Of a stretch of DNA of 64,000 nt, positions 9,069 to 19,424 are shown piece by piece. The notes beneath the pieces were generated by a model. The model saw only the letters and a list, made by a program, of their open reading frames with translations, did not search any database and was not told the DNA's origin. The stretch lies in assembly GCA_000004985.1 (NCBI GenBank), contig GG738894.1. One strand, 5' to 3'. The translations under genes and the position numbers were made by a program. This DNA comes from Naegleria gruberi (taxonomy: Eukaryota). Numbering within the stretch: the first letter of the stretch is position 1; each line of letters begins with the position of its first letter.

Positions 9069-11633
9069 ATGGTCAAGTTCAGTAAAGAAATACTCGAAAG
9101 GCTCTTACTCGACAGTAACAAGATTCGTAACATTAGTATTATTGCTCACGTTGATCATGGTAAATCAACACTCACTGATCAATTGGCTTTAGCAGCTGGT
9201 TTAGTGGATGAAGATGCTGCAGGTGAGAAGAGAGTTTGCGACGTAGATAAGAATGAAATTGAAAAGGGTATTACCATTAAATCAACAAGTTTGAGTATGG
9301 TTTTGGAAAATCCAGACAAGGAGAATGATCATCATTTGGTTAATTTGATCGATTGTCCAGGTCACATTGATTTCTCATCTGAAGTTAGTACAGCTTTGAG
9401 AATTACTGATGGTGCAGTGTTGATTGTAGATGCTGCTGAAGGTTGTAGAGGTCAAACTGAAACAGTAATTAGACAATCTCTTCAAGAAAGAATTCGTCCA
9501 GTTCTCTTCATTAACAAGGTTGACCGTTTAATTGAAGAAATGCAATTTACTGAAGAAGAAAGTTATCAAAACTTTTTAAGAATTATCGAGTCTGTGAATG
9601 CTCTATTATCAACTTATTCTGATGAGTCAGTTTCTGTTGATCCAGTTGATTGTAACATTGCTTTTGGATCAGGTAAGATGGGTTGGGCTTTCACTTTGGA
9701 GCAATTCGCTCAATTATATAGCAAGAAGTTTAAACTTCCTGTAGAGAAGGTTATTAACAAATTATGGGGTGAAAATTATTATGATCACTCAACTAAGAAG
9801 TTTACCACTGAACCTTATTCATCGACAAGTGGTCAACAATTGAAGCACACTTTCTGTGAATTCATTTTAGAACCTATTTTCAAGATTTTCAAGTTGGTTA
9901 GAGAACATGAAATTTCGAGTGAAGGTATTTTGTCAACAGATTTGGAAAATATCATTAGTGCATTGTCTATACCTCTGACGAAAGAAGAAAAGAGAAAAGA
10001 GCCGAAACTTTTAGCTAAATCAATCATGAGAAAGTTCCTCCCAGCTCACAAACCTCTAGTTCAAATGATTATCAACCATTTACCTTCTCCTAAGGAAGCT
10101 CAAAAGGTCAGATATGATAGCCTCTACACTGGTGAAGATTTGACAGATCCATACGCTACTGGTATTAAGGAATGTGATCCAAATGCACCACTGGTTGTCT
10201 ATGTCAGTAAGATGGTACCTATGCACTCTAATACTAGCTCTAGTATGAGTAATAATGTTGGTCGTTTTATTGCTCTAGCTCGTATATTCTCTGGTAGTTT
10301 GACTCAATCAACTAAGGTGAGAATTTTGGGTCCTAACTATGATCCAATTGCTAAGAAAGATGTTTTCCATACAAGTATTCAAAGATTGTTAGTCATGATT
10401 GGTAAAAATACTGAAAGCATCACTCAAGCTTCTTGTGGTGCCATCGTAGGTATTGTTGGTCTTGACAAGTACATTATCAAATCATGTACATTGACAGAAG
10501 AAGGACAAGTTGCATGCATGCCAATTAAGAATATGAAATACTCTGTGAGTCCTGTAGTTCAAATGGGAGTTGAGCCAGTCAATCCAGCAGATTTATCTCG
10601 ATTTGTTGAAGGTTTGAAACGTCTCGTTCAAAGTGATCCTCTATTGGAATGTAAGCAAAATGATAGTGGTCAACATATTCTTGGAACAGCAGGTGAATTG
10701 CATTTGGAAATTTGTTTAAAGAATTTAGAAGAAGAATATGCAAGAGGAATTCAAATTAAAAAGTCTCCTCCTGTTGTCACTTTCCACGAAACAGTTTCAA
10801 ATAAGAATGGTGACATGGTCATGGCAAGAAGTGCTAACGGCCACAATCGTTTATATATGCAAGCTGAACCAATCAGTGAGGAATTAATTGAAATGATTAA
10901 GGAAGGTCAATTGCCAATGGATGATCAAAATAAGAGAGCAAAGATTTTAGAAATTGACTTTGAATGGGATCCTAGCATAACAAAGAGAATTTGGAGTTTT
11001 GGACCTGAAGCTGATAAGGGTAGTAACATTTTGGTAAATGCAACCAAGTCAGTTGACTATATTAATGAAATTCAACAATATGTGGTCACTAGCTTCCAAC
11101 AAAGCAGTTCTTCAGGAGGTTTATGTGACGAAGCAATGAGAGGTGTTTTATTCAAATTTAATGATTGTAATCTTCATGCAGATTCTATCCATCGTGGAGC
11201 TGGTCAAATTCTCCAAGCAACATCTCGTGTCATGACTGCTAGTCAATTGAGAGCTGATCCAAAGTTAGTTGAACCAATGTATCTTGTTGAAGTTCAATGT
11301 CCTCAATCAGTGATGGGTTCTGTCTATAGTGTCATTTCTAATAGAAGAGGTGTTATCAAATCTACTGAAATGGTAATTGGTACTCCTCTCGTTAGTATAA
11401 CTGGTAATTTACCTGTGCTGGAAAGTTTCGGTTTAACAGAAGAGTTGAGAGGTGTTACTCAAGGACAAGCTTTCCCTCAATGTAGTTTCAGTCACTGGAA
11501 AGTTATGGAAGACAATGTTTATGATCCTCAATCTAAAGTTCACAAACTCATCAAATCTATCAGAAAGAGAAAGGGTCTTAAGGAAGATATACCACTCTAC
11601 ACAGATTACTGTGATACAATGCCTAAACAATAA
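9069..11633 (+). CDS. Elongation factor 2 family GTPase, EF-2 paralog (854 aa, intronless)
   Basis: N-terminus MVKFSKEILERLLLDSNKIRNISIIAHVDHGKSTLTD, the G-domain motifs NLIDCPGHIDFSSEV and NKVDR, domain IV LHADSIHRGAGQ (diphthamide His kept) and a C-terminus …ESFGLTEELRGVTQGQAFPQCSFSHWKVM…RKRKGLKEDIP collinear with EF-2. It diverges from canonical EF-2, while the neighbouring RPL30 and PPIH are highly conserved, so it is likely a paralog rather than the translational EF-2. Confidence 0.85.
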   Translation: MVKFSKEILERLLLDSNKIRNISIIAHVDHGKSTLTDQLALAAGLVDEDAAGEKRVCDVDKNEIEKGITIKSTSLSMVLENPDKENDHHLVNLIDCPGHIDFSSEVSTALRITDGAVLIVDAAEGCRGQTETVIRQSLQERIRPVLFINKVDRLIEEMQFTEEESYQNFLRIIESVNALLSTYSDESVSVDPVDCNIAFGSGKMGWAFTLEQFAQLYSKKFKLPVEKVINKLWGENYYDHSTKKFTTEPYSSTSGQQLKHTFCEFILEPIFKIFKLVREHEISSEGILSTDLENIISALSIPLTKEEKRKEPKLLAKSIMRKFLPAHKPLVQMIINHLPSPKEAQKVRYDSLYTGEDLTDPYATGIKECDPNAPLVVYVSKMVPMHSNTSSSMSNNVGRFIALARIFSGSLTQSTKVRILGPNYDPIAKKDVFHTSIQRLLVMIGKNTESITQASCGAIVGIVGLDKYIIKSCTLTEEGQVACMPIKNMKYSVSPVVQMGVEPVNPADLSRFVEGLKRLVQSDPLLECKQNDSGQHILGTAGELHLEICLKNLEEEYARGIQIKKSPPVVTFHETVSNKNGDMVMARSANGHNRLYMQAEPISEELIEMIKEGQLPMDDQNKRAKILEIDFEWDPSITKRIWSFGPEADKGSNILVNATKSVDYINEIQQYVVTSFQQSSSSGGLCDEAMRGVLFKFNDCNLHADSIHRGAGQILQATSRVMTASQLRADPKLVEPMYLVEVQCPQSVMGSVYSVISNRRGVIKSTEMVIGTPLVSITGNLPVLESFGLTEELRGVTQGQAFPQCSFSHWKVMEDNVYDPQSKVHKLIKSIRKRKGLKEDIPLYTDYCDTMPKQ

Positions 11634-11684
11634 GAGTTTTAACATTTAGTAATAAATTACCTTTTTCTCCAATCTTGCCATAGC

Positions 11685-12680
11685 TTATTTTCTTAGTGAT
11701 ATTAATTGTTTCATTTCACTTATGAATTTTGCTCCTTCACCACCAATTCGATTGCCAGCAATATCAAGTGATGTCAATTGTTTCATTTCACTAATGAATT
11801 TAGCTCCTGCATTACCAATTTCATTGCGAGTAATATTAAGTGATGTTAACTGCTTCATTTCATTGATGTATTTTGCTCCTTCATCACCAATTACATTGTA
11901 AGAAATATTAAGTGATGTTAATTGTTTCATATCACCTATGAATTTAGCTCCTGCATCACCAATTACATTGTTAGCAATATTAAGTGATGTTAATTGTTTC
12001 ATTTCACTTATCAATTTTACTTCTTCATCACCAATTTGATTTCCACCAATATCAAGTGATATTAATTGTTTCATTTCACTAATGTATTTTGCTCCTTCAC
12101 CACCAATTCTATTATTATATATATAAAGTGATGTTAATTGTTTCATTCCACTGATGAATTTTGCTCCTTCACCACCAATTACATTGCCATTAATATTAAG
12201 TGATGTTAATTGTTTCATTTCACTTATCAATTTTGCTCCTTCACCATCAATTCGATTGTAACTAATATCGAGTGATATTAATTGTTTCATTTCACTGATA
12301 AATTTGAGTTTTTCTATGCCTCCAAGCAAATATCCCAAAAATTTAAGATTAACAATACTATTCATAAATTGACTTTTCATGAATAATTCAACTCGTTTCT
12401 CTGTAAATTTTTTTTTAAATTGAATAACAAGTTTTGAACGTTCCTTGATCACATTAAAGAATTGTTTTGAAATTAAAGTACAATTATTTAAAATAAACCA
12501 CGAATCATCAATCATGCAAATTATTTCAAAACAAATATCATCTGAAAATGTTTCTTGTTCGAGTTTCACATGCTTTTTTACTTTCTCTTCCATAATATTA
12601 TTATTATTATTGTTAGTGAATATTTCATCCGAACTAATTAATTGATGATTTTCAAAATCTTGTCTGTTTCGTTTGCTCAT
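11685..12680 (-). CDS. Leucine-rich repeat protein (RNI-like 24-aa LRRs, ~8-9 units) with a weak F-box-like N-terminal region
   Basis: Repeats such as ISEMKQLTSLNI.NNVIGDEGAKFI, each 24 aa. The N-terminus …DDICFEIICMIDDSWFILNNCTLISKQFFNVI is loosely F-box-like. Confidence 0.8.
   Translation of the reverse strand: MSKRNRQDFENHQLISSDEIFTNNNNNNIMEEKVKKHVKLEQETFSDDICFEIICMIDDSWFILNNCTLISKQFFNVIKERSKLVIQFKKKFTEKRVELFMKSQFMNSIVNLKFLGYLLGGIEKLKFISEMKQLISLDISYNRIDGEGAKLISEMKQLTSLNINGNVIGGEGAKFISGMKQLTSLYIYNNRIGGEGAKYISEMKQLISLDIGGNQIGDEEVKLISEMKQLTSLNIANNVIGDAGAKFIGDMKQLTSLNISYNVIGDEGAKYINEMKQLTSLNITRNEIGNAGAKFISEMKQLTSLDIAGNRIGGEGAKFISEMKQLISLRK
11698..12300. repeat. Tandem array of ~8 near-identical 72-bp units (coding for the LRRs)
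   Basis: The unit …attaattgtttcatttcact(t/a)atgaatttt/agctcct(t/g)ca(c/t)caccaatt… recurs with 72-bp periodicity and high nucleotide identity. Confidence 0.85.
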
Positions 12681-12864
12681 TTTTTTTTAAATTCATGTTA
12701 AGGCTTTGATTCATGGCTAATTTGGATTCAATCTCAGAAACAAAATTGAAATAGCACCGTTCTGAAAGTAGCTTCTCCCATTCATTGATAGAAGAGTTCT
12801 TATTGGTACTCAAAATACTTTCCTGAAACATTTGTGGATAACGTATATTCTTTGTGAATGTAAA

Positions 12865-12937
12865 GGGGATGTAGCTCACATGGTAGAGCGCTTCTTTAGC
12901 ATGGAAGAGGTACGGGGATCGATACCCCGCATCTCCA
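12865..12937 (+). tRNA. tRNA-Ala(AGC): tRNA-Ala (anticodon AGC), 73 nt
   Basis: ggggatgtagctcacatggtagagcgcttctttagcatggaagaggtacggggatcgataccccgcatctcca. The cloverleaf folds, with a G3:U70 identity pair and discriminator A73. Nearly identical to metazoan tRNA-Ala-AGC. Followed by T6. Confidence 0.95.
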
Positions 12938-12944
12938 CTCTATC

Positions 12945-12950
12945 TTTTTT
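12945..12950 (+). terminator. Pol III T6 terminator 3' of tRNA-Ala
   Basis: A tttttt run 8 nt after the tRNA end. Confidence 0.7.
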
Positions 12951-13411
12951 ACGGCATTCAAAATAATTCAATATGGCATATGTGATTTGCTAAACGAAAA
13001 GTTAAAAACATGCACACCAGCTTACGATTTCATTGGTGTTGTGTTTGGTTCAACGACAATAAATGTTGCTTTTAATAATTAACCACAAGTGTCATTTTTA
13101 AAATGATCAAAATTCAAAAGTGATAAATAGATGGTGATCAAGCTAGATCTATTTCTTCAACAACCTGTTTCGCATTGAACAAAACAAGATTCGTCAAAAG
13201 AACTCTTGAATTCACTGTTCATACAGTCAAAGACTGTAGCGGGATTGTCGCCATATTCCTGGCAGGCTTCCCGTCCAAATTATTAATTGAATCTTATTAG
13301 AACATTCTTCCTCATTTACTTGACAAACAAAAAAAACTTTAGTTTGTTCTTGATATTTATTTAGCTCTTGAGGGATTGAGTGCAATTAACTCAAGGAATT
13401 GGCTTTCTAAA

Positions 13412-16400
13412 CTAGGCCAATTCAACATCAGTGGCACCAGCCATAATTAAATCTTTTGCCAATGAAGCAGATGCTTTCTTCTTCATCATGATTACAATAG
13501 TTGTAATCAATACAGCAACACCACCTCCAATAACTGCAACAGAAACAATTGGAACAACAACTGCTGCAACAATCACTCCTGTATTCTCACTGTGTACTGA
13601 GTCAATAGCAAGGAAAGGAAGCGAAGTCAATCTTGCTGAAATCTGAGGAATGTTTTTTAGTTGAAGAGAAAGAGCTGTTTCAGTTTCAACTCTGAAGGAA
13701 ATGAGCGTCGAGTTGAGGGAAAGAGCTGCCTTAGCTGTTAAGGAACCTGTTTTGGAAAGAGAGGCTGGTAGATTAAATGGAATGGAAGATGTCAGCTGTT
13801 GGTGGACAGTTGAAGAGGAATCAAATTGACCATCTAATAGGAATTCAATAAAAATGTTAATGGATTGGTTGACATAATAATCAAGAAATGAAGAATCTTG
13901 AATGGAAAGAGAAATAATGGTTGAAATATCTCCAACAATATCACTAGTATTGTTGAATGATAACTTCATTGCTTGGGAAAGGAATTTAAATTGACACTTA
14001 TTGCCAATGAAATCCTTCTTACAATGACAGGTGTCATAATTAACACAATCACCTTGAGAGGAGCAAACTTTTGAATCAACAGATGTTTCACCATAACAAT
14101 AGGTAATGTTACATTGTGGTCCGAACCATTTGCTTTCATTCACACATTTACAGTAATCAAATGAACGACAAGTTCCATTTCCAAGATTGCAAACTTGTGA
14201 GCTTTCTTGTTCTATGCCAAAACATGAAGTAAATTGACAATTTGATCCACTGTATCCATATTCACATTCACATTGATCTACATTAAGGCATGTTCCTCTT
14301 CCACTACATACAGAGCTTGAACTTTCCAATATTCCATTGCATTCCACTAGTTCACAATTGTTTCCTCCAAATCCATTCTCACAAATGCAAGTATTCAAGA
14401 ATTTGCAAACACCATGAGAATTACAAACTCTTGTTGAATTGAATTCGACACCATTACATTTAAAGTATTGACATTCTTCACCAAAATAATTGAAATCACA
14501 TTTACAATAATCAGTTGACAAACATTTTCCATTTCCAGAACAAGATCTATTATCCAACTTTTCAATGCCAAAGCAGATTGGATTTTTAAGCTTGCATTCA
14601 TTTGGTGCATCGCAATACTGTTCAGTATCATTGCAGACACTGCTGTCATTTGCCAATTTACCAAAACAAATTGGAAATTGACACGTTGTCGAAGGTCCAT
14701 ATCCATCTGAACAATTACAATTGTTATAGGAAATGCATTTTCCATTTCCAAAGCAAACATTGCTGTCATCAGAAGGTACAGAATTACAAGTAGTTTTTTC
14801 ACAATTAGTTCCATAATAATTCGAATCACATTTACAATAGTTTGGATTCGTACATTGACCATTCGAAGAACAAGCTCTGGAATTGTTGGAAGGAACTCCG
14901 TGACAGATAGGTATCTCACAATTCAATCCAGTCCATCCACTGTTGCAGCTGCAAGTATCTGGAGCTAGGCAAGTACCGTTTCCTTGATTACAGATTTGAT
15001 TAGTTTGATTCGAATAGATACCAAAACAGTTAATCAATTCACATTCAGATCCATCATACCCACTCATGCATTGACACTGATTCGGTGCTGTACAATTTCC
15101 ATGAGAATTACAAACCAATGGATCTGTACCAAGTTTCGTATTACAAAAAGGAATTTCACATTGAGATCCTCCATATTTGGAATTACATTGACACTGATCA
15201 ACTGAAATGCAATTTCCTTGTCCTGAACATACACTCAATGATTGATTTGCTAAAATTCCAAAACAAATTGGAATTTCACAAAAACTGCCAGAGTACATTG
15301 AGGAATTAAAACATTGACAAGTGTCATATTCAAGACAATTGCCATTTCCAGAACAAACAGATGGATCATTAGAGAGTGTACCATTACATTTTGATATATT
15401 GCAAAATGTTCCTTCGTAATTTTCATTGCATTCACAAATATTGTAATCAACGCATGTTCCATGATTCGAACAAGTATTTGAATTATTCGAAAACTTTCCA
15501 TCACAAGTAGTGACATTACACTCAATTCCATAATAATTGGAATTACATGAACAATTATTCACATCTATACATTCACCATTCATACTACAATATAAAGTTG
15601 AATTCTTTCCAAAACATTTTGGCAGTTCACATGCCATACCATAATAATTATTGTTACATTGACAGGTGTCCACATCAATACATAATCCATGTGATGGGCC
15701 TCCACATGCTTCATTCCCAGACTTTGTGAAACACAATGGATTGCATAATCTTCCATCAGAGCTCAATACTAAACCATCCTCACAGTATGGATATAATTTC
15801 CTAACAGTTCCAGAAGCAATCATTTCAGTAATGTAAACTTCATTCTTTCCACTCACAAAAATTCCATTTGTATTGCTTATTAAACAAGTAAGCGCATCTG
15901 AATCGTCTGGACAACTGGAGCCAATTAGTCCAACACCAGCAATTTGCCTTAACGTTCCATTATAAACCTTAACTCTACCTGATGATTCAGCAATATAGAA
16001 TTCATTCTTACTTGTTCTAAATATACCCTTTGGAGAGGAAAGATTCTTGAGAAAGTAAGTTCCAGAACTAGCAGAGCCATAAGCTCCTGGTTTACCAATG
16101 CAATCAAACGAACTGAAATAAATATCTGATGGGAAAGAAAGTGCCACTCCAACGGGTTTATCGAAAACATCTAATACATAATAATTTTGTGAGGCCAAGT
16201 TGAAAATTCCAATATCACCATTTCCAAATATTCCATAAATGGCAAAAACTAATTGATTTAATCTCTTGTCTAAAATTAAAAATCTTACATTACCAACACC
16301 AGTTTTTAGTGTTGTAATGGTATTGGAAATTTCATCAACAACCCGTATATTGCCATTATCTTCGCCAATGTAAATTTTTCGGCTAGTTTCGTCCACCCAA

Positions 16401-16803
16401 ATATAAGGTCTTGCTATTTAAAGTTATAACAGAGGAATTATATTTTGATAACCTACTTAATTGTGCTTGTGTAGGAACCATCACTGCACTACTAGTATCA
16501 GAGCCTCCACCAGCCACAATTACTTTCGTTCCATTAGTATAAATTCTAATAGAGAATCATGATCATATTGAACATAAACAGGACGAAACAACAACACACT
16601 TACTTGCTCACGACACTCTCTTCAGCTACATAAATATCTCCATTCTCAAACACGCTGACTGAAGTTGGTTTTACCAATGAATCAACCACTGTTCTAATCT
16701 TGAATTTCACATCTGCAGATTTTGTCAAGTGGGGAAACACGAAAAGCAAGCTAAAAATTAACACAATTGAGTTGATGACTACCCATTTGTTGTTGTTGAG
16801 CAT
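13412..16803 (-). CDS. Type I membrane protein: signal peptide + NHL/beta-propeller-like region + ~two dozen tenascin/laminin-type EGF repeats + single TM + short tail. Three exons (16803-16604, 16545-16457, 16413-13412)
   Basis: Exon 1 starts MLNNNKWVVINSIVLIFSLLFVFPHLTKS (signal peptide) and ends with donor agcaa|gtaagt; intron 1 is 58 nt. Exon 2 is 89 nt (…IYTNGTKVIVAGGGSDTS…); intron 2 is 43 nt (gtaggt…aaatag) and is needed to avoid an in-frame TAG. The large exon has repeated C.C…Y.G..C EGF motifs throughout and a C-terminal TM VIVAAVVVPIVSVAVIGGGVAVLITTIVIMM followed by KKK. Splice phases are consistent. Confidence 0.8.
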
Positions 16804-16963
16804 TTTGTTTTTGCGGTAAGATTAATTTGTTGTGAAAAAAGAAACTGTCAAGTCCATCAAAATATTCATAAAAGATGTGTTTCCTTTTTCAAACAATTAT
16901 GAATAAATTAAGCAAAAAATGGACCAATATACAGGCTAAGATGTAATTTCACTCTTTGTTCCT

Positions 16964-17041
16964 AGTTATTTGTAAAATGAATAAATTTTGCCTTCCAATT
17001 ATTAAAATATTCTTTATATTCATTGTATTAAGGAAATGAAT
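16964..17041 (+). promoter_or_regulatory. Conserved 5' flank of 5S copy 3 (same element as 6071-6148)
   Basis: Near-identical to the copy-1 flank. Confidence 0.6.
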
Positions 17042-17159
17042 GGCTACGGCCATATCACGATGAATGCACCTCATCCCGTCCGATTTGAGAAGTTAAGCAT
17101 CGTCGAGCCACATCAGTACTGAGGTTGGAGACAACTTGGGAACCTGTGGTGCTGTAGTC
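17042..17159 (+). rRNA. 5S rRNA gene, copy 3 (identical to copy 1)
   Basis: 118-nt sequence identical to copy 1, followed by ttttta. Confidence 0.9.
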
Positions 17160-17164
17160 TTTTT
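17160..17164 (+). terminator. Pol III T5 terminator after 5S copy 3
   Basis: A ttttt run. Confidence 0.7.
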
Positions 17165-17267
17165 ATCAAATTATACATAATACATTCGAAATCATTTTAT
17201 TGGAAAGGTATTCTGGTATTGCACTTTAAAGTTTACAAAATGTTCGAACAAAAAATCAACAAAAAAA

Positions 17268-19424
17268 ATGGCACAACATCAATACCACTACATTCTCAAT
17301 ACACAAGAAGAATTTAATTATTCAAATTATGTTCCGAATAATGTTCGTCCAGAGACAAAACTTCAGGAAATTAAGAAAATTTTCAAGGAATGTTTCGGAA
17401 ATGTAGAGTTAATTGTTGAATGTTTGAAGGGATTTGATGAGAAAACTTATGCCAACTTGTGTTATACCGAGTGGAAAGAGTCGAATTTCTTATCGAGAAT
17501 ATCTAAATGGTTATTCCTGGGATTCGGAAAAGAAGAAGAACAATCAGAATTGTTAAATAATAGTAGTAGTAGTGGTCGTAGTAGTGCAGTAAAATATGAT
17601 ACAAGAATTGTTGGGGAGTATTTTAAAATTTTGGATATGGCAATTATGCGTGATCTTACCTATAGTAATGTGATCAATTCTTATTCCTTATTCCCTTCAA
17701 AGAATGAACGAGTGTGGAATGAAATTGTTAATTATTGTCTTTATTTGATAGATTTGGCTGATTCTGCAGATAGAGGTTTGACAATTTCGTATGCTCTGAG
17801 GAGATTTATTCAGAGAGACAATAGAATTAAAGATCTTGTTGCAGAAAAGAGAGAAAACTTGATTCAAATGATGATTAGATTGACTAGATTTCCAACCAAT
17901 CAAACATTATTGACGAGTAATCATTCTCTGATGGTTTATTGGACTCTCAAGTTGCTCGAATTGAGTGGTGTAGAGAAATGGAATGGAATAATTGAATACG
18001 AAACAACTTTGGAGAAAATTCAGGGATTTTACTTGAAAGCATTAGTTAGCACTCTTCCTGAAAACTTGCTTGATAGGCATTGCGCTAAATATCATATTGA
18101 ACCTTATGAAATTGTAACAGAGGTGTTTAATCTTTCCAATTCTTGCTATTTGAAGAACGGTGACTCTGTTTCTTGTCTATTTGATGATCAATTGATTTGT
18201 ATGAGAGAATTTACAATAGTTTCTATGGCAAATACTATCATGAATAGATCAGGGATTGAAATCGATGAGTTAATGCTTAATTCCTTAGCTAGAGCTCTCA
18301 AGTTGCAAAATGACAATAATGCGTGTAAGCTTTTCAGCGCGACGATTTCTTCCTTCTTTGAGCAAAATCCCAAACAACCGATTTCTGAGCTCAATTACTC
18401 CATAATTAATCTATACTGTTCCATAAGAATGCAATCTACCTTCAAATTATATTGTGAAATATTCAATAGTAATGAACAAAGAGTATTCATTTCCAATACT
18501 ATTATGGATCCTTTTCTCGACCATTTTATGGAAATAAGGAAAGGAAAAGACTATACTGATTTGAAGAATATTATAGACTGTTTTGATGCATTTGGGGAGA
18601 GTAGTTCGTTTCTTGATGAGAGAATGGTGACCCTGTTTGTGGATTTTGGTCAAACATATAGTGTATTGGGGGCTTTTGCATCTATTATTCAAAATAGAGG
18701 AGCTGAGCTGATGAACATCATGGATGGAGCAATGTGCAATCGTTTAGAAAAACGGTTAGAAATACGTATTTCAAGGTATTGTGACGGTGGTTGGTTTGCT
18801 GTTTTATGCTCAGCACTGGAAAGTGGATTATTTTGGAATATTATTGAAAAATCGAGGCAATTAACTGAGCCAAACTTTACAATAACTGAGAAATTCAAAC
18901 AAGGCTACACTTTAGAACTTGTGAAAAAAGTGAGACAAGAACATGAAGGTGGCACTGCTGATCCTCCTTTCTACATTCTCTACTGTTTGTGGTTCCTCTT
19001 AATGGAGAACATTGAAAAATCTAACAAGGTTAGTAGAGGAAAGAAAAATGAAATGTACAGAGCTCTCGTTAAACTATCTTTGATTCCAAGAGATTATGAC
19101 TGTGGCAGTCCTTTTGATTCTGTGTTTGCCTTCTTCCTACTTGCAGAACTTGAGGAAAATGTGGAAGAAAACATGAGTATTATTTTGGAAAATATGGATG
19201 CAATCATTAATAGTATGTATGAACAATCAAACAGAAGCACAAGCTTTTTAAGCTTTGCAATAAGTAGATTATTGGAAAACATTGAAAGATTCCTCTATCA
19301 CTACAGTGGAAGAGATGAATTGCAAAATGCAATTCGATTCGAATTAAAACAGGCCTTAATTCACTTGCCAACAGATGAGCATCCAAAACTTTTAGAAGCC
19401 ATTCACAAGCTTATCGATAATTAA
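17268..19424 (+). CDS. Hypothetical protein (718 aa), no recognisable domain
   Basis: Long uninterrupted ORF with an A-rich ATG context (caaaaaaaATGgca) and a likely helical composition. No family recognised. Confidence 0.6.
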   Translation: MAQHQYHYILNTQEEFNYSNYVPNNVRPETKLQEIKKIFKECFGNVELIVECLKGFDEKTYANLCYTEWKESNFLSRISKWLFLGFGKEEEQSELLNNSSSSGRSSAVKYDTRIVGEYFKILDMAIMRDLTYSNVINSYSLFPSKNERVWNEIVNYCLYLIDLADSADRGLTISYALRRFIQRDNRIKDLVAEKRENLIQMMIRLTRFPTNQTLLTSNHSLMVYWTLKLLELSGVEKWNGIIEYETTLEKIQGFYLKALVSTLPENLLDRHCAKYHIEPYEIVTEVFNLSNSCYLKNGDSVSCLFDDQLICMREFTIVSMANTIMNRSGIEIDELMLNSLARALKLQNDNNACKLFSATISSFFEQNPKQPISELNYSIINLYCSIRMQSTFKLYCEIFNSNEQRVFISNTIMDPFLDHFMEIRKGKDYTDLKNIIDCFDAFGESSSFLDERMVTLFVDFGQTYSVLGAFASIIQNRGAELMNIMDGAMCNRLEKRLEIRISRYCDGGWFAVLCSALESGLFWNIIEKSRQLTEPNFTITEKFKQGYTLELVKKVRQEHEGGTADPPFYILYCLWFLLMENIEKSNKVSRGKKNEMYRALVKLSLIPRDYDCGSPFDSVFAFFLLAELEENVEENMSIILENMDAIINSMYEQSNRSTSFLSFAISRLLENIERFLYHYSGRDELQNAIRFELKQALIHLPTDEHPKLLEAIHKLIDN

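Noticed and set aside
13231-13282. Possible second 5S relic (gactgtagcgggattgtcgccatattcc…cccgtccaaatt)
   Set aside because: Only short 7-8-nt matches to 5S (gccatat, cccgtcc) with the wrong spacing; could be chance in a small GC-rich patch.
14395-15729. Several 60-170-aa ORFs on both strands inside the EGF-repeat exon
   Set aside because: Alternative-frame or antisense ORFs inside a clearly coding Cys-rich exon. Their composition (I/V/M-rich) is typical of frameshifted AT-rich coding DNA.
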